Source of the DNA: Candidatus Omnitrophota bacterium
GTDB taxonomy: Bacteria; Omnitrophota; Gorgyraeia; Zapsychrales; JAKLDJ01
Assembly: GCA_022703585.1 (NCBI GenBank)
Contig: JAKLDJ010000003.1
Span: 206,250 to 270,249 of the forward strand
Length of the DNA stretch: 64,000 nt
Reading direction: 5' to 3'
In this document: positions 43,746 to 53,194 of the stretch, piece by piece
Numbering within the stretch: the stretch's first letter is position 1
Layout of the letters: each line of letters begins with the position of its first letter
Notes under the pieces: model-generated
What the model was told of the DNA's origin: nothing
Databases searched by the model: none
Seen by the model: the letters and a program-made list of their open reading frames with translations, nothing else
Program-made: the position numbers and the translations under genes

Positions 43746-44372
43746 ATGGGAAAAGATAGAACAGCGCAATGTCGAAAGTGCAGGCGAGAAGGCGAAAAAC
43801 TCTTTCTAAAGGGTGTACGTTGTTTTTCAGATAAATGCGCCGTCAACCGTAGGGAATATGCCCCCGGTCAACACGGCGAAAAGCGCACCAAGCTCTCCAA
43901 CTATGGGTTGCAGCTTCGCGAAAAACAGAAAGTAAAAAGAATTTACGGTGTCCTTGAGGGGCAATTCAGGAATTATTTTTTCAAGTCGACCAAGATTAAA
44001 GGTGTTACCGGCGCCATATTGCTGCAATTCTTGGAGAGAAGGCTGGATAATGTTATTTTCCAAATGGGTTTTGCAACCTCGCGGCAAGAGGCGAGGCAGA
44101 TCGTCAGCCATGGTTATGTTAATGTGAATGACCGGCGCGTCAACATCCCGTCTTTTCTTGTCAAGAAAGATGACGAGATCGAGTTGAAATTCAAAAAGAA
44201 GGGCATGAAGAACGTCCAGGAAAATCTCGAAGCATCAAAGCAGCGTACATCCCCGGCATGGTTGGAAATAGATGCGGGGCATGTCAAAGGGAAAATTCTT
44301 CGCTTGCCGGAACGGGAAGATATTCAGTTTCCGGTTAATGAACAATTGATCGTCGAGCTTTATTCGCGGTAA
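43746..44372 (+). CDS. rpsD: 30S ribosomal protein S4
   Basis: N-terminal zinc-ribbon-like CRKCRREGEKLFLKGVRCFSDKC plus an S4 domain. Confidence 0.95.
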   Translation: MGKDRTAQCRKCRREGEKLFLKGVRCFSDKCAVNRREYAPGQHGEKRTKLSNYGLQLREKQKVKRIYGVLEGQFRNYFFKSTKIKGVTGAILLQFLERRLDNVIFQMGFATSRQEARQIVSHGYVNVNDRRVNIPSFLVKKDDEIELKFKKKGMKNVQENLEASKQRTSPAWLEIDAGHVKGKILRLPEREDIQFPVNEQLIVELYSR

Positions 44373-44437
44373 TTTTTTGGAGCAGTTAAAGTTTAGCACA
44401 GGTTAAGTTCTTAATTTTCACCAGTCAGGAGGATGAC

Positions 44438-45430
44438 ATGGGGGTTAAGTGGCGAGATTTCCAAATGCCGAAGAGGCTGGATTGTGATGAAGCCAGCTAT
44501 AACAATACCTACGGCAAATTTATTGCTGAACCTTTTGAGCGGGGTTATGGCGTTACCCTGGGAAATTCACTGAGAAGGATCTTGCTGTCCTCGATTGAGG
44601 GCAGTGCGGTTACCTCGGTTAAGGTGGACGGTGTGCAGCATGAGTTTTCGACCGTCCCCGGCGTCATGGAGACAGTGACGGATATTATACTCAATATCAA
44701 AAAACTTGTTATCCGTTCGCACTCCAAGACCGCCAAGACGATTTATGTTAAGGCCGATAAAAAAGGCGAGGTAACGGCCAAGGATATTATCTGCGACGAG
44801 ACGATCGAGGTATTAAATCCGGATCTGCATATTGCCACACTGACCCAGGATACAAAATTTAATATCGAGATGGAGATTTCCCGCGGGCGCGGTTATGTTC
44901 CGGCGGAATTGAACAAAAAGGAAGATGCCCCCGTGGGGACAGTCGCCATCGATTCCATCTTTACCCCGATAACAAAAGTTAATTTCTTCGTCGAAAATAC
45001 CCGCGTGGGCCAAAGGACCGATTACGACAAGCTGATTTTGGAAATTTGGACCAACGGCGGCGTTAATCCAAAAGAGGCGCTTTTGTATGCTTCCAATATC
45101 CTACAGCGCCATTTGGATGTTTTTGTCAGTTACGGCCAGCTTCCCGAAGAGGAAGAGGAAGAAGAGGAAGTAACGGTTGAAGAAAAGGCCTTGTATGAGA
45201 AATTGCGTTTGCCTATTTCCGAGCTCGAACTTTCCGTCAGGAGTTCCAACTGCCTTAAAGAGGCGAACATCAAAAACATCAGCGATCTTGTGCGCAAGAC
45301 CGAGGAAGAACTTCTCAGCTTCCGTAATTTTGGTAAGAAATCTTTAACCGAAATCGGCGAGCTCTTAAAGACCATGGGCTTAAGCTTAGGGATGAAGATC
45401 GACTTAAAGAAATTAAGAAAGAAAGAATAA
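44438..45430 (+). CDS. rpoA: DNA-directed RNA polymerase subunit alpha
   Basis: N-terminal dimerisation domain plus a C-terminal alpha-CTD with an acidic linker (EEEEEEEV). Confidence 0.95.
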   Translation: MGVKWRDFQMPKRLDCDEASYNNTYGKFIAEPFERGYGVTLGNSLRRILLSSIEGSAVTSVKVDGVQHEFSTVPGVMETVTDIILNIKKLVIRSHSKTAKTIYVKADKKGEVTAKDIICDETIEVLNPDLHIATLTQDTKFNIEMEISRGRGYVPAELNKKEDAPVGTVAIDSIFTPITKVNFFVENTRVGQRTDYDKLILEIWTNGGVNPKEALLYASNILQRHLDVFVSYGQLPEEEEEEEEVTVEEKALYEKLRLPISELELSVRSSNCLKEANIKNISDLVRKTEEELLSFRNFGKKSLTEIGELLKTMGLSLGMKIDLKKLRKKE

Positions 45431-45431
45431 C

Positions 45432-46052
45432 ATGCGACATCAGGTATCGGGAAATCGATTAGGTAGAAATTCCAGTCTTCGTAAAGCCACGATGCGGGAT
45501 CTTGCCCGGGCAACCTTGAGCTGTCAGAGGATTCAGACCACCAAGGCCAAGGCAAAAGAGGCGCGCAAACTCGTAGACAGGATGATTACCTTAGGAAAAA
45601 AGAATACCCTAGCAGCCAAACGAAAGGCATTCGCGGTTCTTTGTGACCATAATCTGGTCAGTGATCTCTTTTCAAAGATTGCGGTGCGTTTTAAGGATAG
45701 AATGGGCGGCTACACGCGCATTATCCCTCTTTCGACAACCAGAAGAGGCGATAGGGCCGAACTTGTCTTATTGGAGCTTACGGAGCAAGAAGTCGTTGTC
45801 GTCAAAAAGCCGGTAGCGGAAAAAACAAAAACGGCTGACGCGACTGCTGTAACCAAATCTTCCGTCAAAAAGGAAGAAGCCCATCCGGATGCCAAAAAAG
45901 AAGATCCGGAAGCAAAAAAAGAACAACATCCGAAATCAGAAGCGGCCAATCTCCCCCCGGAACGGCTCAAACCGTCAAAAGACATGACGAAGCCGGCCAA
46001 GAAACCGATGGGAGGTTTTAATAAAATATTCCGCAAGAAACCGGCAGAATAA
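45432..46052 (+). CDS. rplQ: 50S ribosomal protein L17 with about 80-aa K/E-rich C-terminal extension
   Basis: L17 core MRHQVSGNRLGRNSSLRKA... followed by a lysine/glutamate/proline-rich tail. Confidence 0.9.
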   Translation: MRHQVSGNRLGRNSSLRKATMRDLARATLSCQRIQTTKAKAKEARKLVDRMITLGKKNTLAAKRKAFAVLCDHNLVSDLFSKIAVRFKDRMGGYTRIIPLSTTRRGDRAELVLLELTEQEVVVVKKPVAEKTKTADATAVTKSSVKKEEAHPDAKKEDPEAKKEQHPKSEAANLPPERLKPSKDMTKPAKKPMGGFNKIFRKKPAE

Positions 46053-46108
46053 TTTCTTTAATAGAGATTTCTTTCTTTAAAGGCGGCCGGATAGGCTCTG
46101 GCGATCTC

Positions 46109-47278
46109 ATGAAAGTAAACCAAAGAATAAAGAGCCTTTTGGGTTCAACGACTCTCGCTATCACCGCCAAAGCCAAAGAGCTGAAGGCCAAGGGCGTTGA
46201 TGTGGTTAATTTTGGCGCCGGAGAACCCGATTTTGATACGCCGGATTTTATCAAAAAAGCGGCTATCGACGCTATCGATAAAGGCTTTACCAAATACACT
46301 CCCAGTGTCGGCACCCTCGAATTAAGAGAGGCCGTCTCCCAGAAATTCAAGAAAGACAATCACCTCGATTACGCCATCAATCAAATTGTTGTCTCCTGCG
46401 GGGCCAAGCATTCTCTCTATGGCCTTATCCAGGTGATGGTTGATGAAGGGGATGAGGTTATTCTTCCCTCGCCGTTTTGGGTCAGTTATCCGGAGATGGT
46501 CAAGCTTTCCGGCGCATCCTGCAAAATTCTAGAGACCTCCGCCCAAAACAATTTTAAAATAACTGCCGATCAATTAAATAAAGCTGTCTCAGCGCGCACA
46601 CGCCTGTTGATTCTTAATTCGCCGTCGAACCCCACCGGATCGGTTTATTCCAAAAAAGAGCTTGAGGGAATCGCCGAAATCTGCGTGAAAAATAATATTT
46701 ACGTTATCAGCGACGAGATTTATGAAAAGCTTATTTATGATTCGGATGAATATACTTCGATCGCGTCTTTTGGAAAAGAGATATACAATCTTACCGCGAC
46801 CGTTAACGGTGTTTCCAAGGCCTATTCGATGACCGGCTGGAGAATCGGTTATTGCGGGGCGCCGAGCGAGATTATCGGATACGTGCAAAAATTTCAGGAC
46901 CACACCACATCGAATCCGGCTTCGATCAGCCAGATGGCCGCTTTAGCGGCACTGAAGGCACCCCCGGAAAGTGTTACCGCAATGTGCCGTGAATTTAAGA
47001 AAAGACGTGATATAATGATGCAGTGCCTGGATAAGATTCCTCAAGTTAGTTATGTGCGCCCCCAGGGTGCGTTCTACGTCTTTTGTGATGTCAGCCGGTT
47101 AAAGATGAAATGTGCTGTTGCTGCCGAACGGATTTTGACCGAGGCGAATGTGGCGGTTATCCCCGGTGATGGTTTTGGGGCGGAAGGGTATATCCGGTTA
47201 AGTTTTGCAACTTCGGTTGAAAGAATCCAGGAGGGGGTACAGCGAATCGGCGCCTGGGTTAATAAGAATACCAAGTAA
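46109..47278 (+). CDS. class I/II PLP-dependent aminotransferase (aspartate aminotransferase-like)
   Basis: GEPDFDTP motif, PLP lysine in SKAYSMTGWRIGY. 389 aa. Confidence 0.85.
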   Translation: MKVNQRIKSLLGSTTLAITAKAKELKAKGVDVVNFGAGEPDFDTPDFIKKAAIDAIDKGFTKYTPSVGTLELREAVSQKFKKDNHLDYAINQIVVSCGAKHSLYGLIQVMVDEGDEVILPSPFWVSYPEMVKLSGASCKILETSAQNNFKITADQLNKAVSARTRLLILNSPSNPTGSVYSKKELEGIAEICVKNNIYVISDEIYEKLIYDSDEYTSIASFGKEIYNLTATVNGVSKAYSMTGWRIGYCGAPSEIIGYVQKFQDHTTSNPASISQMAALAALKAPPESVTAMCREFKKRRDIMMQCLDKIPQVSYVRPQGAFYVFCDVSRLKMKCAVAAERILTEANVAVIPGDGFGAEGYIRLSFATSVERIQEGVQRIGAWVNKNTK

Positions 47279-47315
47279 TGCTGCTATAGATTTTAAACGA
47301 GAGCAAGGAGCAAAA

Positions 47316-48362
47316 ATGGAATTAAGAGATCTGCTGCTTCTGACGATTCAAAAAAAGGCATCCGATTTGCACTTAACGGAAAATACGCCTCCGGTTTTAA
47401 GAATCGATGGAAGGCTTCTGTTGGTCAAGGCTCCGCCGCTGACACGCGAAGAACTTAAAAAGATGATTTATTCCATTCTGGCGGATTCCCAGAAGGAAAA
47501 ATTTGAAAAGGACCTCGAGCTTGATTTCTCGCTTTCTCTTCCCGGGCTGGACCGTTTTCGGGCCAATGTCCATGTTCAGCGAGGTTCGGTTGAAGCAGCC
47601 TTCCGCAGGATTCCGCTCTTTATCCCCAAGGCGGACGAATTAGGCTTGCCGGCTGTTATCTCTGATTTAGCCCGGCGGCCCAACGGCTTGGTTTTGGTTA
47701 CCGGCCCCACCGGTATGGGAAAAACCACGACCTTAGCGGCCATGATTGATTTGATTAATAACGAGCGTTCGTCTTTGGTCATCTGTATCGAGGATCCTAT
47801 TGAGTATATCCATTACAATAAGAAATGTATTATCAAGCAACGCGAGGTCTACAGCGATACCCATTCTTTTGCCGAAGCCTTAAAGCGGTGCCTGCGCCAG
47901 GACCCGGATGTTATCGTGGTCGGCGAGATGAGGGACCTGGAAACGATTTCAACGACCCTAACCGCCGCCGAAACCGGCCACTTGGTTTTGGCAACCCTGC
48001 ATACCCCCGATGCGCCGCAGACGATTGAGCGTATTATCGATGTCTTTCCGCCTTACCAGCAACAGCAGGTGCGCCTGCAGCTTGCTGACTGCCTTCAGGG
48101 TGTTGTCTCGCAGCTTTTGCTTCCCCGGGCCAGCGGCGAAGGACGAGTCTTAGCGACGGAAGTCATGACGGCAACGGCGGGCGTGCGCAACCTTATCCGC
48201 GAGCAGGCCATTGAACAGATTCCGACGGTTATCCAGACCGGAAGCCAGCACGGGATGAAATCGATGGATAAATCCCTGAAGGAACTGTATCAATCCGGCA
48301 TTATTACCTACGACGTGGCCCTGAGTAAGGCCAAGAATCCCGAAGAATTCAAACAGCTTTAA
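47316..48362 (+). CDS. pilT: type IV pilus twitching-motility ATPase PilT
   Basis: Walker A GPTGMGKTTT, Asp box, His box, PilT-type C-terminus. Start chosen at MELRDLLL with an upstream AGGAG (the ORF-track start at 47205 overlaps the aminotransferase). Confidence 0.9.
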   Translation: MELRDLLLLTIQKKASDLHLTENTPPVLRIDGRLLLVKAPPLTREELKKMIYSILADSQKEKFEKDLELDFSLSLPGLDRFRANVHVQRGSVEAAFRRIPLFIPKADELGLPAVISDLARRPNGLVLVTGPTGMGKTTTLAAMIDLINNERSSLVICIEDPIEYIHYNKKCIIKQREVYSDTHSFAEALKRCLRQDPDVIVVGEMRDLETISTTLTAAETGHLVLATLHTPDAPQTIERIIDVFPPYQQQQVRLQLADCLQGVVSQLLLPRASGEGRVLATEVMTATAGVRNLIREQAIEQIPTVIQTGSQHGMKSMDKSLKELYQSGIITYDVALSKAKNPEEFKQL

Positions 48363-48398
48363 TCGTTTAAAATCAAACAGTTTTTTAAAGGATACGAT

Positions 48399-49478
48399 AT
48401 GTATCGCGTTACGCTTATTCCCGGAGATGGTATCGGGCCTGAAGTGGCTGAGGCCATGAAGCAATGCATTGAAAAGACCGGGGTTAAAATCCAGTGGGAT
48501 GAACAACCTGCCGGCGAACACGCCATTGCCCAATACGGCACGCCCTTACCCGAAAGGGTTCTTGAATCTATCCGAAAAAATAAAGTCGCTATCAAAGGCC
48601 CTATTGTTACTCCGATCGGCAAAGGATTCCGCTCGGTTAACGTGCAGTTACGCCAGGCGTTGGATCTTTTTGCCTGCGTTCGCCCGGCCAAGTATTACGA
48701 GGGCACAAAATCCATTGTCAAAGATATCGACCTGGTGATTGTCCGGGAAAATACCGAAGACCTTTATGCGGGGGTTGAATTTGATTTGGGCACTCCTCAA
48801 ACGCAGGAACTGATAAAGATGATCAATCGCTTGCAGCCTAAACAGGTGAGGGAAGATTCGGCGATTACTATAAAGCCGATTTCGGCTTTTGCCTCAGAGC
48901 GCATTATCCGTTACGCCTTTGAATATGCGCTAAAAAATAACCGCAAGAAAGTAACGGCGGTGCACAAGGCCAATATCATGAAATTTACCGACGGCCTTTT
49001 CTTAAAAACAGCCCAAAAAATCGCCGAGGAATATAGGGGCAGAATTAACTTTGAAGATGTCATCGTCGATAATATGTGCATGCAGCTGGTGCAGCGGGCC
49101 AGCTTCTTTGACGTGCTGGTTTTGCCCAATCTTTACGGGGATATCGTGTCGGATCTGTGCGCGGGCTTAATCGGAGGCTTAGGCATTGCCCCCGGAGCCA
49201 ATATCGGCGACGAAATCGCCTTGTTCGAGCCTGTTCACGGTTCGGCGCCCAAGTACACCGGTAAAAATAAGGTTAACCCGACGGCAACCATTCTTTCCGG
49301 GGTTCTCATGCTCCGGCATATCAAGGAAAACAAAGCCGCTGACCGCCTGGAATCCGCGGTCAGAGAAGTCATTAAAGAAGGCAAGTTTGTTACCTACGAC
49401 CTTAAAGTCAACCGGGATGATCCTTCCGCGGTCGGAACGCGTGAAATGGCGGACGCGATCTGCCGTAAGCTCGGTTGA
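48399..49478 (+). CDS. isocitrate/3-isopropylmalate dehydrogenase family, NAD-IDH-like
   Basis: LIPGDGIGPEV and the NLYGDIVSDLCAGLIGGLG signature. IQWDE resembles NAD-dependent IDH subunits. Confidence 0.8.
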   Translation: MYRVTLIPGDGIGPEVAEAMKQCIEKTGVKIQWDEQPAGEHAIAQYGTPLPERVLESIRKNKVAIKGPIVTPIGKGFRSVNVQLRQALDLFACVRPAKYYEGTKSIVKDIDLVIVRENTEDLYAGVEFDLGTPQTQELIKMINRLQPKQVREDSAITIKPISAFASERIIRYAFEYALKNNRKKVTAVHKANIMKFTDGLFLKTAQKIAEEYRGRINFEDVIVDNMCMQLVQRASFFDVLVLPNLYGDIVSDLCAGLIGGLGIAPGANIGDEIALFEPVHGSAPKYTGKNKVNPTATILSGVLMLRHIKENKAADRLESAVREVIKEGKFVTYDLKVNRDDPSAVGTREMADAICRKLG

Positions 49479-49614
49479 TGCCTCGAGGCCGCCGGGCTCT
49501 CCGCAGTAAAATTCTTTTCCAAAATCGTACCTCTCTTGCTAAAATAGTACTCAAAATTATCGTATCCTCAAGATTTCTTTCAGCATTTTCTGTCCATAAA
49601 CCGCGAGGAGAAGC

Positions 49615-50277
49615 TTGATTCTGTCTCAGGATCTTCTAATCTGCAGGACCAAAGATATCGGACTAACGGATTTCTTTCAAGCCTGTCAGCTGCAGAAAAA
49701 ATTCGTCCAAGAGGTTATTGACGGTGGCACGGATATCCTGCTTTTAACCGAGCATGCACCCGTGCTGACCTTAGGCTCCATGGCGACGGAGTCAAATATC
49801 TTGCTATCCGGGGAAATGGTTAAGGCGCGAGGAATCGGGATTGCGCGCGTTGATAGGGGCGGCGAGGTCACTTTTCACGGCCCCGGGCAGCTGGTTGTTT
49901 ATCCTATCTTGAACCTGAATAAATTCGGCCGTGATTTGAAGTCGTATCTGTCTAAATTAGAGCAAGTCGCGATTGATTTATTAAGATATTTTGGTATAGT
50001 GGCTAATAGTGTCGAGGGCAAGCGAGGTGTTTTTGTCGGGCCTAAGAAAATCGCTTCGATTGGCATCGGGGTACGTAAATGGGTTTCCTATCACGGCATG
50101 GCGATTAACGTGAACACGGACCTTCGCTATTTTTCGACCATCAAACCCTGCGGGCTAGAAGTCGAAATGACCTCCATGGAAAGAATTTTAGGGAAATCTT
50201 TGAGCATGGACGCGGTTAAGGGGCAGGCCATAAATTGTTTTTGCGATGTATTCAATCTAAAAATTACTAAGGCGTAA
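49615..50277 (+). CDS. lipB: octanoyltransferase (lipoyl(octanoyl) transferase LipB)
   Basis: RGGEVTFHGPGQLVVYPIL and the catalytic Cys region (KPCGLE). Confidence 0.85.
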   Translation: MILSQDLLICRTKDIGLTDFFQACQLQKKFVQEVIDGGTDILLLTEHAPVLTLGSMATESNILLSGEMVKARGIGIARVDRGGEVTFHGPGQLVVYPILNLNKFGRDLKSYLSKLEQVAIDLLRYFGIVANSVEGKRGVFVGPKKIASIGIGVRKWVSYHGMAINVNTDLRYFSTIKPCGLEVEMTSMERILGKSLSMDAVKGQAINCFCDVFNLKITKA

Positions 50278-50279
50278 CG

Positions 50280-50513
50280 ATGACGGTTTCGGTTAAAATG
50301 CCCGATTTGGGAGAAGGGATCTCGAAGGCCACTGTCGCTTCCTGGCTTGTCAAGGTTGGAGACCGGGTTAACGAAGGGGATGATCTTGTCGAGTTGGTTA
50401 CGGATAAGGCTTCTTTTAATGTCCCCGCTGCGGTTACCGGTATTGTCCGTCAAATTCTTGTTCAGGAAGGCGAAGAGATTACCATTGGCGGAGACTTAGC
50501 GGTAATCGAATAA
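50280..50513 (+). CDS. stand-alone lipoyl-attachment domain protein (77 aa)
   Basis: MPDLGEGI...LVTDKASFNVPA. Lipoyl-lysine in a TDKA context, similar to E2/GcvH-type carriers. Directly follows lipB. Confidence 0.6.
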   Translation: MTVSVKMPDLGEGISKATVASWLVKVGDRVNEGDDLVELVTDKASFNVPAAVTGIVRQILVQEGEEITIGGDLAVIE

Positions 50514-51650
50514 ATGAATTTAAAACCTATGCAAAAAAGAAGAATTTTATTGATGTATATCAGCGAGGTCTCGGGCCACCATCAGGCGACCCTGGCGATA
50601 GAAGCAGCGTTAAGGCTGATGGATTCTACCGCCGAGATTAAGAACATCAACGGTTTTGCCTACGTGTATCCTATCCTTGAGAAGGTTGTCAACAAAGCGT
50701 ATCTCAGCGTTATTAAGCGTACGCCTAAAGTGTGGGATTATCTTTACGATAATCCGAAAGTCGCCCGCAGCCTTCAAAAGATCAAAGAGGCTATTCATAA
50801 AGCCAATCATGCTAAATTGGAGAAATTATTCCGGGAGTTTAATCCCGATACGGTTGTTTGTACCCAAGCCTTTCCTTGCGGGCTGGTTGCTGATTACAAA
50901 GAGACATACGGCCTGGATGTGACGGTCATGGGGGTATTGACCGATCACGCGCCGCACTCTTACTGGCTGCACCGGGGCGTGGATTACTATATCGTGCCTT
51001 CCCAGGAGCCGCGGGACAGGTTTATTGAAAAAGGAATTTCCGAAGACTCTGTTAAGCTCTTCGGCATTCCCGTTGACCCGAAGTTTTCCGTTCCCCTAAA
51101 CCGAAATGCCGTCGCCCACAAGCTGGGCTTAAATCCCTGGATGCCGACGGTTTTGGTCATGGGAGGGGGGCAGGGTTTGGGCCCGATAAAGAAGATTATT
51201 CCTTCTCTGCTGAAGGTTGAAACTGATTTTCAGCTTTTGGTTGTCGCCGGCACCAATAAAAAACTTATCAAGTGGCTTAAAAAAATAAATACCAAGAGCC
51301 GCAAAAAAATGATTGTCTATGAATTTATTCGCAACATCGAGGAGCTTATGGATTTATCAAGCCTTATCATCACCAAGCCCGGCGGTATGACGACCTCGGA
51401 AGCCTTGGCTAAGGGCTTGCCACTGGTCATTGCCAAACCTTTGCCGGGGCAGGAAATGTACAATACGAATTTTTTAATAAAGAAAGGCGCCGCGATCCGG
51501 ATCAATAATTTAGAGACGATCGGCAAAGAGGTGGAATTTCTTTTGGAATCTCCCGAGCGGCTTGCCGGCATGCGCCGGGCAGCCCGGGAAATCGGCAAGC
51601 CCTATTCTGCGCTGGATATTGCCAAATTCATATTATTCCATCATGTTTAA
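50514..51650 (+). CDS. GT28-family glycosyltransferase (MGDG synthase / diacylglycerol glucosyltransferase UgtP-like)
   Basis: N-terminal ILLMYISEVSGHHQATLAIE and the C-terminal GT-B nucleotide-binding half (ITKPGGMTTSEALAKGLP). Confidence 0.75.
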   Translation: MNLKPMQKRRILLMYISEVSGHHQATLAIEAALRLMDSTAEIKNINGFAYVYPILEKVVNKAYLSVIKRTPKVWDYLYDNPKVARSLQKIKEAIHKANHAKLEKLFREFNPDTVVCTQAFPCGLVADYKETYGLDVTVMGVLTDHAPHSYWLHRGVDYYIVPSQEPRDRFIEKGISEDSVKLFGIPVDPKFSVPLNRNAVAHKLGLNPWMPTVLVMGGGQGLGPIKKIIPSLLKVETDFQLLVVAGTNKKLIKWLKKINTKSRKKMIVYEFIRNIEELMDLSSLIITKPGGMTTSEALAKGLPLVIAKPLPGQEMYNTNFLIKKGAAIRINNLETIGKEVEFLLESPERLAGMRRAAREIGKPYSALDIAKFILFHHV

Positions 51651-52497
51651 ATATCTCATTTATAAATTTGGACAGTTTTGGGCGAATATTCTCCCCTTAA
51701 AGATAGCGTATCGAGTGGCGATGTCTCTGTCCGATCTGCAGTATTTTCTTTCTCCCCGGGATCAGAGGGCGGTTAAGGATAATTTGAGGGTCATTCTTTC
51801 CACGGATGACAATGTCTCCAACATGGCGCGGGAGGTCTTTCGTAATTTCGGAAAATACCTGATTGAATTTTTCCGCATGGCCCGAAACATCGATAAGGCC
51901 TATATTGAAAAGAACATTAAGGTTAACGGTATTGAATTTATTGATCAGGCTCTCGAGAAGAAAAAAGGGGGAATTCTCTTAACCGCCCATATGGGCAACT
52001 GGGAGCTGGGCGGTGCGGTCATCAACATGCTGGGTTATCCGATTATTGCCATTGCCCTTCCCCATAAGGAGAGGCCGGTTAATGACCTGTTTAACGAGCA
52101 ACGCCAGGCGCGCGGGATGACAATCATTCCGACGAATACCGCCATACGCCGTTGCATTGAGACTTTAAAGAAAAACGGCCTGGTTGCTCTCTTAGCCGAT
52201 AGGGATTTTGGCGCCAATGGCGAGGTCCTGGATTTTCTGGGGAAGAAGGCAATGATCCCCCGGGGCCCGGCTGTCTTTTCGGTTAAAACCGGAGCGCCGA
52301 TTATCCCCGCTTTTCTTATTCGCGGAAAAGATGATGCATTTACGATGTCGTTAAAGGCGCCGATATGGCCCGGGCATGACGGCAGCGAAACGGACCGGGT
52401 ATTAAAGCTCATGAAGACGTATACGGTTATTATCGAAGAACAAATCAGAAAAAACCCGACGCAGTGGCTGATGTTTAGAAGGTTCTGGTGCGCATGA
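51643..52497 (+). CDS. LpxL/HtrB-family (lysophospholipid/lipid A-type) acyltransferase
   Basis: HMGNWELGG motif and family architecture. Start chosen at MFKYLIYKF. Confidence 0.7.
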   Translation: MFKYLIYKFGQFWANILPLKIAYRVAMSLSDLQYFLSPRDQRAVKDNLRVILSTDDNVSNMAREVFRNFGKYLIEFFRMARNIDKAYIEKNIKVNGIEFIDQALEKKKGGILLTAHMGNWELGGAVINMLGYPIIAIALPHKERPVNDLFNEQRQARGMTIIPTNTAIRRCIETLKKNGLVALLADRDFGANGEVLDFLGKKAMIPRGPAVFSVKTGAPIIPAFLIRGKDDAFTMSLKAPIWPGHDGSETDRVLKLMKTYTVIIEEQIRKNPTQWLMFRRFWCA

Positions 52498-53165
52498 AAA
52501 CCTGCATTGTTATTCCGGTTCATAATGAAGCAGCGGTTATAGGCCAGCTGATTGAGAAGCTTAAAAACCTGAAATATGATGTCGTTGTTATCGATGATGG
52601 CTCTACGGATGATTCGGGATTAATCGCCCGGAAAAAGGGGGCGGTGGTTATCGTTCATCCGGTTAAGAAAGGCAAGGGGCTGTCATTGCGCGACGGTTTT
52701 GATTATGCGGTTAAAGAAAATTACGATGCGGTTATTGCCTTGGACGGCGACGGCCAGCACGCGGTTGAGGATATTGCTCAATTTATCGAAAAATCGAAGG
52801 AAATGGGAGTCGGTATTGTTACCGGCAGCCGTATGCAGGATTATAAAGGGATGCCTTGGGTGCGGCTTTGGGTTAACCGGATGATGTCGGCCGTCATTTC
52901 TTCGATTTGTAAGCAGAGTATTCCGGATACCCAGTGCGGATTTCGATTGATCAGCGTCCCGGTCTTAAGGCAAGTCCGCCTGTCGAGTTCGGATTTTGAA
53001 ATTGAATCCGAGGTTTTGATCAAGGCAAGTAAAAAAGGTTTTAAAATCCACTCCGTTCCGGTAAAAACGATTTATCAAAATGAAGTAAGCAAAATTAACC
53101 CCTTTAAAGATACGATTCGTTTCTTTGTCTATCTGTTTAAAGAGATGCGCGGTTCGGATTCTTAG
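52494..53165 (+). CDS. GT2-family glycosyltransferase (polyprenol-phosphate sugar synthase-like)
   Basis: CIVIPVHNE..., VVVIDDGSTDDS, DGDGQH DxD region. Confidence 0.8.
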   Translation: MKTCIVIPVHNEAAVIGQLIEKLKNLKYDVVVIDDGSTDDSGLIARKKGAVVIVHPVKKGKGLSLRDGFDYAVKENYDAVIALDGDGQHAVEDIAQFIEKSKEMGVGIVTGSRMQDYKGMPWVRLWVNRMMSAVISSICKQSIPDTQCGFRLISVPVLRQVRLSSSDFEIESEVLIKASKKGFKIHSVPVKTIYQNEVSKINPFKDTIRFFVYLFKEMRGSDS

Positions 53166-53194
53166 CGAGCATGCGATAAGGCGGGACAGTCCCC

